Below are positions 1 to 10,303 of a stretch of 64,000 nucleotides of DNA, piece after piece. Both the position numbers and the translations under genes were made by a program. Source of the DNA: a virus; the IMG/VR virus record IMGVR_UViG_3300025168_009799, positions 25,750 through 89,749 of that record; one strand, written 5' to 3'. The notes beneath the pieces were generated by a model. That model had not been told where the DNA came from. It searched no databases and saw only the letters and a list, made by a program, of their open reading frames with translations. Within the stretch, counting starts at the first letter, position 1. Each line of letters opens with the position of its first letter.

Positions 1-2
1 CA

Positions 3-2834
3 GCGTCTACAGAAGATATTACAGGATTAGCGGTTGGAACATATAATGTAACTGTCACGGATTCTAATGGATGTGTAGGAACAACAACTGTAGATATTTT
101 ATTAAGTAATGATACATTAGAAAATTTAACTCTAACTGAAATTCTTTCCGCATGCCCAGGAGGATGTGCGGGAGTTGTTGTAGATGTAAATGGAGGAGAC
201 TTTCCTTTATATTTAGAAATTTCTGAAAATTCAGGAGCAACATGGACACGAGTTTCAACTGTAGCAAATACAGGGGCAGCACAGTTTAATGAGAATACTC
301 CAGCACCATTTTTTGGAGCAGGTATAACTATCAATAGTGCAAATTATTTTAAAGAAAATACTCCAAATAGATTTTGTTTTACTAATGGTACTACATATCA
401 ATTTAGAACTCTTAGTGTAGTTAATGGATGTCCTTCATATGTTTCAAACTTTAGCCCAAGCGCTTCTAATTATATTCCTCAAACATTAACTGAAACTTTA
501 ACTCAAGCTACTTGCTGTGCTTGTAATAACTCTTCATGTAATGGAGCTATTAATGTTGTTATTACTAATGGAGTTCCAATTGCTCAAGGAGCTGGAGGTT
601 CTCCAGGAACATTATCATTTGATTGGATACTAAAGAAAGATGGAATTGATATAACGTCAATAGTTACTTATGCAGTTTCTTGTAATGGCGGATGTACTAA
701 TACAGAATATAATGAAATAGACTTTACAGATTTATATCCTGGGGATTATGAATTTATATCTACAGATGATTGTGGAGAAGTTATGACAGAGACTTGGACA
801 ATGATAGATCCTAGAGTTTATATTACAAATATTGTAAGTTCAGATCAATTATGTGCTAATGGATGTGCAGACGGAACAATAACTATAACTGCTACGGGAG
901 GTACAAGCGGTATACTAGAATATTCTATTGATGATGGAATAACGTGGTCTTCATCTAATGTATTTACTGGTGTTGGACAGGGAGTTTGGAGAGTATGGGC
1001 TAGAGATCCTATGTGCGCAACACAAATACTATTTGATCCAACTGATAATGTGTTAACTAACGCTAATGGCTGTTATAGTGATTACATCGCTGGTATATGG
1101 CCAGCAGGAACTTCAATAAGTGTATCGTCTGTATCTGCTTTAGATTTACAACATATTTCAACAACTCATAATTCTTTACCAGGTTCAACAGATGGAGAGA
1201 TAGTAGTAAACATTACAGCAGGTACTGCTCCTTATGAAATTTCTGTAGTTACTGCAGCAACATCTACACCTTTTGATGCTTGTACTGCTCAAACTTCCGG
1301 TGTACTTACACCAGGATTATCACAATATATAAATATAAATGGGGGACCTGTAGATGTTAGTGGTATAACTGTTTTGTCTGCGGGTGGAACTGTTACATTA
1401 GATAACTTATCTGTTGCTCAAAATTGGAATAGCGCTGCTTTAGAAGCTTGGTATAGAATAACTGTAAAAGATTCAACTGGATGTATTTCTTCTATTGAGT
1501 CAATGGTTGATAATGGAACTTTAGGAATCATAGGAATTTATTCAGCTACAGATTGTGATTGTAATTGTCCAGAAGGATACTCTTTAATTACACCTGCACC
1601 AACTCCTCCAGCATTACCTTGTGCAGGGTTAATAGATGTAGCTCCGATAGATCATGGACTAATGGACGCTCCGGGAAGTATACAACAATTTGGAGGTGCT
1701 AATGGATGGACAGCACAATACGGAAATCCTAACGGAGGAGTTTTATATGTTGATAGTGTATCTAATAACGCTACAACTTTTATATCTACAGCTGATACTT
1801 TTTATAAAAGTGTAGGAGCAGGAACGGCTCCATATAATATGCAATTTGCTGGAACTTCTACTGTTTTAATACCAGCACTTGATTCTAACTCAAATGTAGT
1901 ACAATACGGTTCAATATTTAGCACAAGATTATTTGATATAGGAATTTGGTTAAACCAAGGCCAAACAGTTCCTGCCTTACCTATTAATGAGTGGATAGGA
2001 ATACCTATAGAAATAAACTTCGCTAGTCAAGCTAAAGTAATTTTAGGAATAGCAGCTCATGGAAACTATAGAGTTAGTTTAGATTGTGCTTTACTTTTTA
2101 CATCAGAAACGTTAGGAGGAACTCAGTCACCAGCAGTTGATGCTAATAACTACTCAGAGTATTCTATGTTTCCTATAGCTATGTCAGCTGGAAAACATAC
2201 TCTTTTAATTGAAGTTAAAAACTCTACGGTTAATAATGCAAATTATGCTGGCGGAATAGCGTTTGATTTATTCCAAGGTGAACTATCAAATGGTTTATCT
2301 GTAACAAGTGTATTTTCTACTGCTACTGTACAAGCTACTTTAGATCCTTATCTTTTAGCAGATATAAATGGTAACCCAATTACTAGTAGAGATATTAATG
2401 GGGCAATGCATCATCCGTTTCAGTTTGGAATTACTGACGGTTATGAATGTGCGAGCGGATGTGCTAGAATAAATGGAGGAATTATTACTTGTCAAAGTGA
2501 TGATACTGCTACTTGTGATTTACCAATCAATTGTCCAGAGTATTTGATTGACTTAGTAGAATGTGTGGGTACTTTATCAAATGAAGTACACGCAAAAATG
2601 ATCTCTGGATTATTAGGTAATAATCTATCAGTTAAAGAAGTGTGGCTGGTTATGATTATAAAATATTTAATTAATCATCTAAACCCTTGCATATCTATGC
2701 AGGACTTACTATCTTGGACAAAATTTTTAGAAGACATCTGTCCGGACTGTGAATCTAGTACAAACATAACTGAAATACCTGAAGATCAGGGAACTCCGTA
2801 TGGTGGAGGCAACTTAACAGAATTCGATTTTTAA
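3..2834 (+). CDS. Large Cys-rich structural/adhesin protein with SprB-like repeats (5'-truncated by the window edge)
   Basis: The frame of ORF 783..2834 is open from nt 3 (ASTEDITGLAVGTYNVTVTDSNGC, an SprB-repeat signature). Further repeats include CADGTITITATGGT...EYSIDDG and YRITVKDSTGC. Confidence 0.75.
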   Translation, partial: ASTEDITGLAVGTYNVTVTDSNGCVGTTTVDILLSNDTLENLTLTEILSACPGGCAGVVVDVNGGDFPLYLEISENSGATWTRVSTVANTGAAQFNENTPAPFFGAGITINSANYFKENTPNRFCFTNGTTYQFRTLSVVNGCPSYVSNFSPSASNYIPQTLTETLTQATCCACNNSSCNGAINVVITNGVPIAQGAGGSPGTLSFDWILKKDGIDITSIVTYAVSCNGGCTNTEYNEIDFTDLYPGDYEFISTDDCGEVMTETWTMIDPRVYITNIVSSDQLCANGCADGTITITATGGTSGILEYSIDDGITWSSSNVFTGVGQGVWRVWARDPMCATQILFDPTDNVLTNANGCYSDYIAGIWPAGTSISVSSVSALDLQHISTTHNSLPGSTDGEIVVNITAGTAPYEISVVTAATSTPFDACTAQTSGVLTPGLSQYININGGPVDVSGITVLSAGGTVTLDNLSVAQNWNSAALEAWYRITVKDSTGCISSIESMVDNGTLGIIGIYSATDCDCNCPEGYSLITPAPTPPALPCAGLIDVAPIDHGLMDAPGSIQQFGGANGWTAQYGNPNGGVLYVDSVSNNATTFISTADTFYKSVGAGTAPYNMQFAGTSTVLIPALDSNSNVVQYGSIFSTRLFDIGIWLNQGQTVPALPINEWIGIPIEINFASQAKVILGIAAHGNYRVSLDCALLFTSETLGGTQSPAVDANNYSEYSMFPIAMSAGKHTLLIEVKNSTVNNANYAGGIAFDLFQGELSNGLSVTSVFSTATVQATLDPYLLADINGNPITSRDINGAMHHPFQFGITDGYECASGCARINGGIITCQSDDTATCDLPINCPEYLIDLVECVGTLSNEVHAKMISGLLGNNLSVKEVWLVMIIKYLINHLNPCISMQDLLSWTKFLEDICPDCESSTNITEIPEDQGTPYGGGNLTEFDF

Positions 2835-2845
2835 AATTATAAACA

Positions 2846-4183
2846 ATGGCAAACATAAGAAAATTAACAAGTAAAAAATTATCAGAATTATCCCTATCGA
2901 ATAATTTTTTATATTTACAGAATACAGCTACAGGGATTGAAAACAAACTCTCACTTAGTGAGCTAGTAAATAAAGCTTTATCGGTAGGAGTTGGAGTACC
3001 TGTTTATACCGGACTTTCTGGGAGTACTCTTAATTTTAGAAGTTTATCAGCATCTTTACCATTAACGGTTGAATCTAGCTCAACTAGTAATGAAATAAAT
3101 ATTGAATTTCTTACCTCTAGTTTAGATTTAGGAGTTTGTGATAATACGTCATCTTTATTTTTATCTACTGTTAATTTAACAACAAATGTTGGTGCAACTA
3201 TTTTACCTGTAGCTAATGGTGGAACAGGGGCTGCAACTTTAACTGATGGAGGTATATTGTTAGGGAGTGGTACAGGCGCTATTACAGCAATGGCAGCTCT
3301 TGCAGCTGGGACTATTATACAAGGAGATGGAACTACGGATCCTACAACTTTAGCGATAGGAACGGCTGGGCACGTATTAACTGTTAATTCAGGAGCAACA
3401 GCAGTAGAATGGACAGCAGCTGGGGTAGCAGATAATTTAGGGAATCATACAGCTACTACTACCCTAAACATGGCTAGTAATAATATTGACTTAGGAACAG
3501 GTGTAATAAACTATACAGGTGCAGATGTTTTAGGGTTATCCTTTGACTCAAATAATAGAGGACATTTTATTCCAACTGGAGCTACAGCTACGGGCGGAAC
3601 AGGAGCTTTAAACTTATCTGGAAGTATGCATTTAAAAGGAGATGTTGCTAGATCAATATCTATGTTAGCACCAGCTTCTGGTACTGGACAAACTTTAGGT
3701 ATTTATGGAGCTACCGCAGGAACAACGTCATCTGACGGAGGTGCGATTGTACTTAAAGCAGGAAATACTACAACTGGTACAGGAGGAGATTTGAAATTAT
3801 ATGGAGGAGACTCAACCGAAGGAAGTAATGGAGATGTTACACTATATACTGGGACTACTGCTGATACTACGTTCCCAATATTAAGAGTGACTCCAACTAA
3901 GAGAGTTTCTATACAAAATAGCGCAGCAGAAGTTGCTCCTACATCATTATTAGATGTAAGACAATTAGAAGCAGCTGGCGCGATTACAACATTAAGACTG
4001 CAACAAGCTGATCAAGATGTGGCATTTGCGCACTTTGAAGGAACATCAGCAGCAGATAGTACAACAAATATTTCTACATCTACAGCTGTAGCGGCTGCTA
4101 AGAGTGGAGCTTTAAAAATAACTTTCAATAATGGAGGTGAAGTAGTAGAGGCATGGTTAAGGACCTATGCATCTGCAGTATAA
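2846..4183 (+). CDS. Tail fibre protein
   Basis: Gly/Thr/Ala-rich beta-structured sequence with fibre motifs ILPVANGGTGA, LAIGTAGHVLTV and DNLGNHTAT; structural gene context. Confidence 0.7.
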   Translation: MANIRKLTSKKLSELSLSNNFLYLQNTATGIENKLSLSELVNKALSVGVGVPVYTGLSGSTLNFRSLSASLPLTVESSSTSNEINIEFLTSSLDLGVCDNTSSLFLSTVNLTTNVGATILPVANGGTGAATLTDGGILLGSGTGAITAMAALAAGTIIQGDGTTDPTTLAIGTAGHVLTVNSGATAVEWTAAGVADNLGNHTATTTLNMASNNIDLGTGVINYTGADVLGLSFDSNNRGHFIPTGATATGGTGALNLSGSMHLKGDVARSISMLAPASGTGQTLGIYGATAGTTSSDGGAIVLKAGNTTTGTGGDLKLYGGDSTEGSNGDVTLYTGTTADTTFPILRVTPTKRVSIQNSAAEVAPTSLLDVRQLEAAGAITTLRLQQADQDVAFAHFEGTSAADSTTNISTSTAVAAAKSGALKITFNNGGEVVEAWLRTYASAV

Positions 4184-4218
4184 AAGGAAAACTAAATTTT
4201 AATTAAATAATAACAAAC

Positions 4219-4677
4219 ATGACAACAACAATTTTAGAAACACCAAACACAATGAACAAAACGTCTTATACATACACTGATTTAGCAAACTTGTTAACAG
4301 GTTTATCAGAAGTAGAAAATTTAAAAGGAGTTAAATTTGCTTTAAAAGTATCTAAGAATATTAGATTAATTAGAGCTGAGTTAGTTGAATTAGAAGAAGC
4401 AGCTAAACCTTCAGCTGAATTCTTAACGTTAGCGGAGAAGGTTCAAGCAATTGAAGCAGACCCTTCAAAATCTGACGAAGTAAAGAAGTTAGATGTAGGA
4501 AAATTAGAAAAAGATAATAAAGAATTGGTTACAGAAAGAAAAGATCAAATTGCAGAATTTCAAAAAATGATGCAAGATACAACAGATATATCTTTATTTA
4601 AACTTTCAGAAAACCATTTACCTTTAGAAATTACAGCTAAACAATTAAATGATATTAGTTTAATAATAAAAGAATAA
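4219..4677 (+). CDS. Helical hypothetical protein, possible fibre chaperone
   Basis: 152-aa coiled-coil-like ORF directly after a fibre gene. Confidence 0.5.
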   Translation: MTTTILETPNTMNKTSYTYTDLANLLTGLSEVENLKGVKFALKVSKNIRLIRAELVELEEAAKPSAEFLTLAEKVQAIEADPSKSDEVKKLDVGKLEKDNKELVTERKDQIAEFQKMMQDTTDISLFKLSENHLPLEITAKQLNDISLIIKE

Positions 4678-4681
4678 TAAT

Positions 4682-5095
4682 ATGAGTGCAAAAGGAAATA
4701 AATTTCCAGATAATTTGGTAAAAAAACCAGATGATATACGAACTAACGAAGAACAGTTATTAAACGCTCCTTATGGACAACAAGGAGCAGTTATTCTTTG
4801 TGAAACTTCTAATGTTTGTGATGGGTTGCAGTCTCAAGTAGTAGGAGATTTTTATTGTATTATAGCAATAAAAGATGATGTAATGTTATATGCTTGTCAA
4901 ACTGAAGTTAATTGGGATCAGAATGAAGATGGAATAGTAATGGGTCAACAACCACAACAGCAACCGAATGGATGGGAGAAAGATTTTATGATGCCTGTAG
5001 GATTACCATTTTATGGGAATTTTACAAAGGTAGGATTAAAAACAGTTGTAGGAGAAGTTGCAGGAGATCCAAAATTAATAGCATATTATAAATAA
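4682..5095 (+). CDS. Hypothetical virion protein
   Basis: 137-aa ORF; the C-terminal G-LPFYGNFTKV...LIAY pattern resembles small phage beta-sandwich structural proteins. Confidence 0.5.
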   Translation: MSAKGNKFPDNLVKKPDDIRTNEEQLLNAPYGQQGAVILCETSNVCDGLQSQVVGDFYCIIAIKDDVMLYACQTEVNWDQNEDGIVMGQQPQQQPNGWEKDFMMPVGLPFYGNFTKVGLKTVVGEVAGDPKLIAYYK

Positions 5096-5364
5096 TGGGA
5101 ATAACACAAAATGCATTAGGAATAAGTCTTGTAAGGTTGCGCGCACATGTTGTCGCAGCTTTAGGGACATTTCCTCATTATCCTGATTGCTTTTTTGAGC
5201 ATACATTATTAGCAGATGAATTAATGCCTCAATTAACAATTGTAGATTTTTGTGATACTTTTGATTTAGATAGTAATGGAGATATAATGCCAGAAGTTAA
5301 TCCATATCCGTCCGGACATTTTGATACAGATGCTAATGATGATATACAACCAGAACCATATTAA
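5095..5364 (+). CDS. Small acidic hypothetical protein
   Basis: Translationally coupled (TAATG) 89-aa ORF with two FD-x-D-x-N-x-DI-x-P repeats. Confidence 0.55.
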   Translation: MGITQNALGISLVRLRAHVVAALGTFPHYPDCFFEHTLLADELMPQLTIVDFCDTFDLDSNGDIMPEVNPYPSGHFDTDANDDIQPEPY

Positions 5365-5375
5365 AATAATAAGAT

Positions 5376-7397
5376 ATGCCAACAAAAAAATTAGTACCAA
5401 GAGATAATAATGAAGGAGGTTTAGGAACTGCCGCTAAAACGTGGGGAGCTTCATGGCTACAAAATCTAGTTATAACTAATCTTCAAACTACTACTTCATT
5501 AAGTGTGCTTGTAGAAACGGCAGGTAATGTAGAAAAAAGAAGTGCCGGCAGTTTATGTACTAATGTTACAGATACAGAGAGTGCTACAACTTGGGTAGGG
5601 TTATATGAAGCAGCTACTGGGTGTTTAATGCCATTTACAGACGAACAATTTCGTTTTGATGCCTCTACAGGTAAACTATATCTTGGGGGAACAGGAGCTC
5701 TTGACTCTTTAATAGTATGGAGTCAGAATATATATTCTCATGCAGACTTTGTAATTGAATCAGGAAATACATCAAGTATTACACTTTCTGCAACTGAGGG
5801 TACTACATTCTTTACCGGTATTGGAGGAGCTGCAACAATGAAGATAAACGGTAACGGTTTATTTATTAATAATATCCCAACTGAAGCTACGCCAACACAT
5901 ATGTTAGTAGATAATACTACTACTGCTGGATTAGTAAGTAAAGCAGCAGTTGGTTCTTTAGGGATTAATGTAGCAGACACGGAAGATACAACTTGTTTTG
6001 TAGGACTTTGGGAGGCTGCTACAGGTACGTTATTACCTAAAACTGATGAGCAATTTCGTTTTGACGCACAAAAAGGAATTCTTTACATAGGAGGAACGGC
6101 ACCTGCTGACTCTTTACTGATACAAAAGCAGCTTATAAAAGCGTATGCAGATACAATTATCGAAGCATCTAACGGATCTTCTATAACTATTGATTCTACA
6201 TTTGGGGAGACGTATTTCTACGGAGGTGTTTTCGGACTACTAGGAAGTATATCAAATACAGGATTATCTATTAGTAACATACCAGTTGAATCTAGCCCAG
6301 TTAATATATTAGTAGATAACGTTGCAGCTCCAGGATTAGTTAGTAAAATGCCATTATCGACATTACCTACAACATTAATAAAAGTTTTAGACACAGAAGT
6401 TACTACATGTTTTGTAGGACTATGGGAAAGCGCTACTGGAAATTTAGCACCTAAAACTGATGAAGGATTAACATATAATGCTCAGACAGGATCTGAAGTT
6501 CTTAGTATTGCAGGAGATATACTAATGGGAGATGGGACACATAATGATCTGGCTACTATCGATGTAAAAGTTGGTAATGCTGGTATTGGTGGTAATCGAC
6601 TTGTGTTAAATGCAGGAGATTCTGGAGCCGGTACAAACCTAACTTGTGGAAATGTACAACTTACTACTGGTTTAGGTACAGGTACAGGTAATAATCCAAT
6701 TATTGATTTCGTTGGGACAAAACAAGTAGCTTCTGGAACAGGTCAACAGGCTACTCAAACTATGGCATATTTTCAACATTTTGGAGATGGAGGCGCTTCG
6801 TCTTATAATCATTTACGAATTGTTAGTCCTCAAGATGGAAACGATTTATTTGATGTTGCTACTTATGCAGACGGAGCTACTGTAATTAAAACACAGGATA
6901 ATGCTGCAGCTGCGGCTCATTTAGTTTTAGATTCAGATGGAGATACAAGTTTTAAGAAAACAGGTACTACATTAGCAACAGTTGAATCTTTAAGAACAGA
7001 GTCATTCTTATTAGCAGCTTCTGATGAAAGTACACTTTTAGTTGCAGGACTTAGAAAAGTTAGATTTAGAATACCTTATGCATTTACATTAACAAATGTA
7101 AGATTAAGTTGTAATGAAGCTCCTACAGGATCGGATATCCTAACAGTAGATATAACTAAGGACGGAGTAAGTATTTTTGATGATGGTACAAATAATGGTG
7201 TTAGACCTACAATAGCTGCTTCTGCATTGACTTCTGTTGGAGGTACTGCACATGTTTTTGCAACAGGTGGTGGAGCAGTTACATCTACAGTTGCTATTGC
7301 AGACGACTCTATTATAGGAGTAGATCTAGATGTAATAGGAAGCACACTTGCAGGAAGAGGATTAAAAGTTACATTAATAGGACATAAAACAGTATAA
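5376..7397 (+). CDS. Tail fibre/spike protein with three internal ~135-aa repeats
   Basis: N-terminal PRDNNEGGLGTAAKTW fibre motif, three DTE..T.(F/W)VGL(W/Y)E.ATG.L.P.TDE repeats, and a C-terminal beta-sandwich head (FRIPYAFTLTNVRLS...GRGLKVTLIG). Confidence 0.7.
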   Translation: MPTKKLVPRDNNEGGLGTAAKTWGASWLQNLVITNLQTTTSLSVLVETAGNVEKRSAGSLCTNVTDTESATTWVGLYEAATGCLMPFTDEQFRFDASTGKLYLGGTGALDSLIVWSQNIYSHADFVIESGNTSSITLSATEGTTFFTGIGGAATMKINGNGLFINNIPTEATPTHMLVDNTTTAGLVSKAAVGSLGINVADTEDTTCFVGLWEAATGTLLPKTDEQFRFDAQKGILYIGGTAPADSLLIQKQLIKAYADTIIEASNGSSITIDSTFGETYFYGGVFGLLGSISNTGLSISNIPVESSPVNILVDNVAAPGLVSKMPLSTLPTTLIKVLDTEVTTCFVGLWESATGNLAPKTDEGLTYNAQTGSEVLSIAGDILMGDGTHNDLATIDVKVGNAGIGGNRLVLNAGDSGAGTNLTCGNVQLTTGLGTGTGNNPIIDFVGTKQVASGTGQQATQTMAYFQHFGDGGASSYNHLRIVSPQDGNDLFDVATYADGATVIKTQDNAAAAAHLVLDSDGDTSFKKTGTTLATVESLRTESFLLAASDESTLLVAGLRKVRFRIPYAFTLTNVRLSCNEAPTGSDILTVDITKDGVSIFDDGTNNGVRPTIAASALTSVGGTAHVFATGGGAVTSTVAIADDSIIGVDLDVIGSTLAGRGLKVTLIGHKTV

Positions 7398-7399
7398 AT

Positions 7400-8092
7400 A
7401 TGATAAATTCTCATCTACCATATTACGCTCCATTTTTAGAAGGTTCTGATTTAGTGCTTTGGTTAAATTTAGATCCTGATTATAGAACTACAGCTACTAC
7501 TGTAAACGATTGGAAGAATTATAAGAAAGTCTCTGATGTATTTTCTCAATCAAATGCTTCAAGACGTCCTACAGATAACGGTACACATATAACATTTGAT
7601 GGAGGCGATAATTTAGCATGTAATGTAGATAGAGTTTTAGATGTTAGTGCTACAGGATGGACTGTATGTTCGAGATACACAGAAACTGATTGGACATCAA
7701 ATTCTACGCTAGCCTCTGATAACGATACTAATAACTCATTTATAAAAAATGTAGGTAATAGTATTTCAGTAAAAGCAACTGGTACTAGTGGAACACAAAC
7801 AAAGGTTATAAATTTTGATGCTCCTACAAATTTAGTAGATAGTCAAATTTATAATATAGCAGTAACATGTACTACTGCAGGACTGTTAACAGTTTATATA
7901 GACGGAGTAGCACAAGCAGATACTGCTACTTTTGGTGATGATACTTATGATATAACAATGTCAGAAGTAGGAGGAAAAAACGGAAATAGCTGGATGATGG
8001 TAGGAGATATACAAGAAATAATAGTGTATCATCGGCCTTTGTCTCAAGCAAATATTACAGATCTTAACACATATTTAAATAATAAATTTTAA
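7400..8092 (+). CDS. Concanavalin A-like/LamG lectin-domain protein (putative receptor-binding)
   Basis: LVLWL...W...IAVT...LTVYIDGV...GDIQEIIVYHRPLS...YLNNKF LamG pattern. Confidence 0.75.
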   Translation: MINSHLPYYAPFLEGSDLVLWLNLDPDYRTTATTVNDWKNYKKVSDVFSQSNASRRPTDNGTHITFDGGDNLACNVDRVLDVSATGWTVCSRYTETDWTSNSTLASDNDTNNSFIKNVGNSISVKATGTSGTQTKVINFDAPTNLVDSQIYNIAVTCTTAGLLTVYIDGVAQADTATFGDDTYDITMSEVGGKNGNSWMMVGDIQEIIVYHRPLSQANITDLNTYLNNKF

Positions 8093-8111
8093 TAACAATA
8101 AATAAAAAACA

Positions 8112-8552
8112 ATGGCAAATTTAACAGTAAAAACAGTTTTATCTAGTGCAGACCTTCTGGGAATTCCTTTAGATATACACTCTAAAATATCTCTTTCAGG
8201 TAATGGAAAAGGTAAATCGTTTAGTAAATTTACTACACAGACTGCTACGGGCACACCTGTTGCATTACCAGCTAGTGCTTTTTCAAGTACTGATAAAAGA
8301 GTATTTATCTATATAAAAAATAGCGGTGTAGATGCTACCCATTATGTTAATCTTTGGGTTAAAAATACATTATCAGCTGCAACATTAAATGCTACTGATT
8401 GTACTAGTTGTGGAGATTACACTCAGTATATACAGATAGCAGAAATTCCAGCAGGAGGAGTAATTTTATTACCTTTTGCAGGGCATGATTATATATATAT
8501 AGATGCAGCTGCAGGAACTCCAGAAGTAGAATACTTAATAATGGAAGAATAA
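8112..8552 (+). CDS. Hypothetical virion protein
   Basis: 146-aa ORF in the structural cluster with beta-rich pattern (VFIYIKN, EVEYLI). Confidence 0.55.
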   Translation: MANLTVKTVLSSADLLGIPLDIHSKISLSGNGKGKSFSKFTTQTATGTPVALPASAFSSTDKRVFIYIKNSGVDATHYVNLWVKNTLSAATLNATDCTSCGDYTQYIQIAEIPAGGVILLPFAGHDYIYIDAAAGTPEVEYLIMEE

Positions 8553-8555
8553 TAT

Positions 8556-9641
8556 ATGAAGAATTTCTTAATATTTTTATTACTAGTATGTTCAACTAGT
8601 TTATATTCTCAAGATGTAGATTTTAAAGAGCTTATTAAAAAGCAATTGAAATTCTCTACGGTTTATGGGGCTGTAAATGGAGGAACTTCTGTATCAGATG
8701 TTAATAGATTTTCTGTTTTAGATGGGCTACAAACATCTATTATAGAGACTCCTTATGATTACTCTGTTACTTTTGGATTAAGAAAAATAGCAAGATTTGG
8801 TTATGAGAATAAAGCACAAACATTTTATGATGGTACAGAGTCTAATTATAGTGATGCTGCTACAGTAGGAAAAGTAAGAGGATTTGAATATTTATTTGAG
8901 ATAGATTACGCTAGACAACAAGGGGTAGATTATATAGATCAGCATCATTTTATTAGATATAGCTCTGATGATGATTGTGAGGGTCCTTATTGTATAGATC
9001 ATTTTGCAGCTAAAGCAGAGTATTTAAAAGACGGATTTGCTGATATAGAATATTTTGAATTATCAGAAAGGTATAGAATAAAAAGAAATAGAGATTTAGC
9101 AATTAGTATAGGTGTAACACATAGATTAGCAGAACCATATGGGTACAACCCTTTAGATGAATGGATGTTAAGTAATGGTAATTTACACTATACATATTTA
9201 GCTATAGAAGAAGGATATACAATAGATGTACGTGCAAATGAATATAAAGACCCTGATGGGAATGTAGTTGCTAATAGCGCAGAAGTATGGAAGGAAGTAG
9301 TAGTTCCACAAATACTATCTGACTATACTGAAAAGAAAAGAAATGAGTTAAAAAATATTATACAACATTCTCTTGTGATAGGATTTGATTATTATAAATA
9401 TAATAAAAAAACATGGTTACATGCTTGGGGTAATTTAATGCCTTGGCATTATAATGACGGTAACGAATTTTCATACCATAATTATATAACTGACGACCAA
9501 TGGTATGATTATTCTGCTGGACTTATATATGGTATAAAGCATAGTAAAAACTTAGGGTATTTTATTGAAGGAAAATATAATAAGTATTGGAATAGAGAAT
9601 GGTATGATTTTAAATTAGGAATTAATTACGTAATATTTTAA
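8556..9641 (+). CDS. Putative outer-membrane beta-barrel protein with signal peptide
   Basis: SPI signal MKNFLIFLLLVCSTSLYS|Q, aromatic-rich alternating strands, and a C-terminal BAM-type signal DFKLGINYVIF ending in Phe. Confidence 0.7.
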   Translation: MKNFLIFLLLVCSTSLYSQDVDFKELIKKQLKFSTVYGAVNGGTSVSDVNRFSVLDGLQTSIIETPYDYSVTFGLRKIARFGYENKAQTFYDGTESNYSDAATVGKVRGFEYLFEIDYARQQGVDYIDQHHFIRYSSDDDCEGPYCIDHFAAKAEYLKDGFADIEYFELSERYRIKRNRDLAISIGVTHRLAEPYGYNPLDEWMLSNGNLHYTYLAIEEGYTIDVRANEYKDPDGNVVANSAEVWKEVVVPQILSDYTEKKRNELKNIIQHSLVIGFDYYKYNKKTWLHAWGNLMPWHYNDGNEFSYHNYITDDQWYDYSAGLIYGIKHSKNLGYFIEGKYNKYWNREWYDFKLGINYVIF

Positions 9642-9652
9642 AAATAAAAAAA

Positions 9653-9757
9653 ATGAAAAAGAAAATTTGTAAATGGGTTCAAGCTATAACATTTGGATTA
9701 ATATGTTTTGGTTGGTGTGTATGTGAGTGTGGTAAAGATAATTGTTGTCAAGCGTAA
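9653..9757 (+). CDS. 34-aa Cys-rich hydrophobic peptide (not in the ORF track)
   Basis: Translated by hand as MKKKICKWVQAITFGLICFGWCVCECGKDNCCQA*. It has an A-rich leader, and its stop overlaps the next ATG (TAATG at 9755-9759). Confidence 0.6.
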   Translation: MKKKICKWVQAITFGLICFGWCVCECGKDNCCQA

Positions 9758-9999
9758 TGAAAACTAGTGTGAAAGACGAAATAATATTAATGGAACATAG
9801 AATGAATTCAATGGAAGATAAAATGGATAAAATAGATTCTAAGTTGGATATGCTAACTGAAAAATTATTAGACCCAGATTATGGTGTAACAGCTAGAGTA
9901 AACAGAAATACTACTCATCGTAAATTAATGAGTAAGGCTTTATGGGTTATCTATGCTGTAGTAATAGGTGTAGTTATTAAATTGGTATGGAATGGCTAA
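9757..9999 (+). CDS. Small coiled-coil protein with C-terminal TM helix (holin/spanin-like topology)
   Basis: Likely start is ATG 9757 (MKTSVKDE); heptad MEDKMDKIDSKLDML; TM segment ALWVIYAVVIGVVIKLVW. Confidence 0.6.
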   Translation: MKTSVKDEIILMEHRMNSMEDKMDKIDSKLDMLTEKLLDPDYGVTARVNRNTTHRKLMSKALWVIYAVVIGVVIKLVWNG

Positions 10000-10303
10000 A
10001 GAATTAAACGAAAATACAACATTTAATATGAGTGTGAAAACAATGCTAGCTTTAGGGTTTGGCATTGCTACTTTAATAGCTGGGTGGTATTCATTAATGG
10101 CTGAGATACAAGAAGCTAAAGAAACTCCAACTCCAATTACTATTGAAGAAATAATTAAGGAGATACCAGAGGCTGAAATAACTAGAATGGAGTTTGATAT
10201 GAAAGATCAGATGATTAGACAAACTATTATGACAACTCAATCTGATGTCGAAGAAATGAAAAAAACTCTTGAAAAGATAGAGGATAAACTTTATAATAGA
10301 TGA
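9992..10303 (+). CDS. Single-TM coiled-coil membrane protein
   Basis: N-terminal TM (MLALGFGIATLIAGWYSL) and C-terminal coiled coil (DVEEMKKTLEKIEDKLY). Confidence 0.6.
   Translation: MAKELNENTTFNMSVKTMLALGFGIATLIAGWYSLMAEIQEAKETPTPITIEEIIKEIPEAEITRMEFDMKDQMIRQTIMTTQSDVEEMKKTLEKIEDKLYNR

Noticed and set aside
64-282. Short antisense or alternate-frame ORFs in the track (e.g. 64..282, 5738..5980, 7076..7414, 19944..20285, 31778..32077, 41818..42072, 49912..50112, 61744..62019)
   Set aside because: They lie wholly inside long, motif-bearing genes and have no recognisable features, so they are shadow ORFs.
783-785. ATG 783 as the true start of the first gene
   Set aside because: The frame is open from the window edge with SprB-like sequence, so the gene starts upstream of the window.
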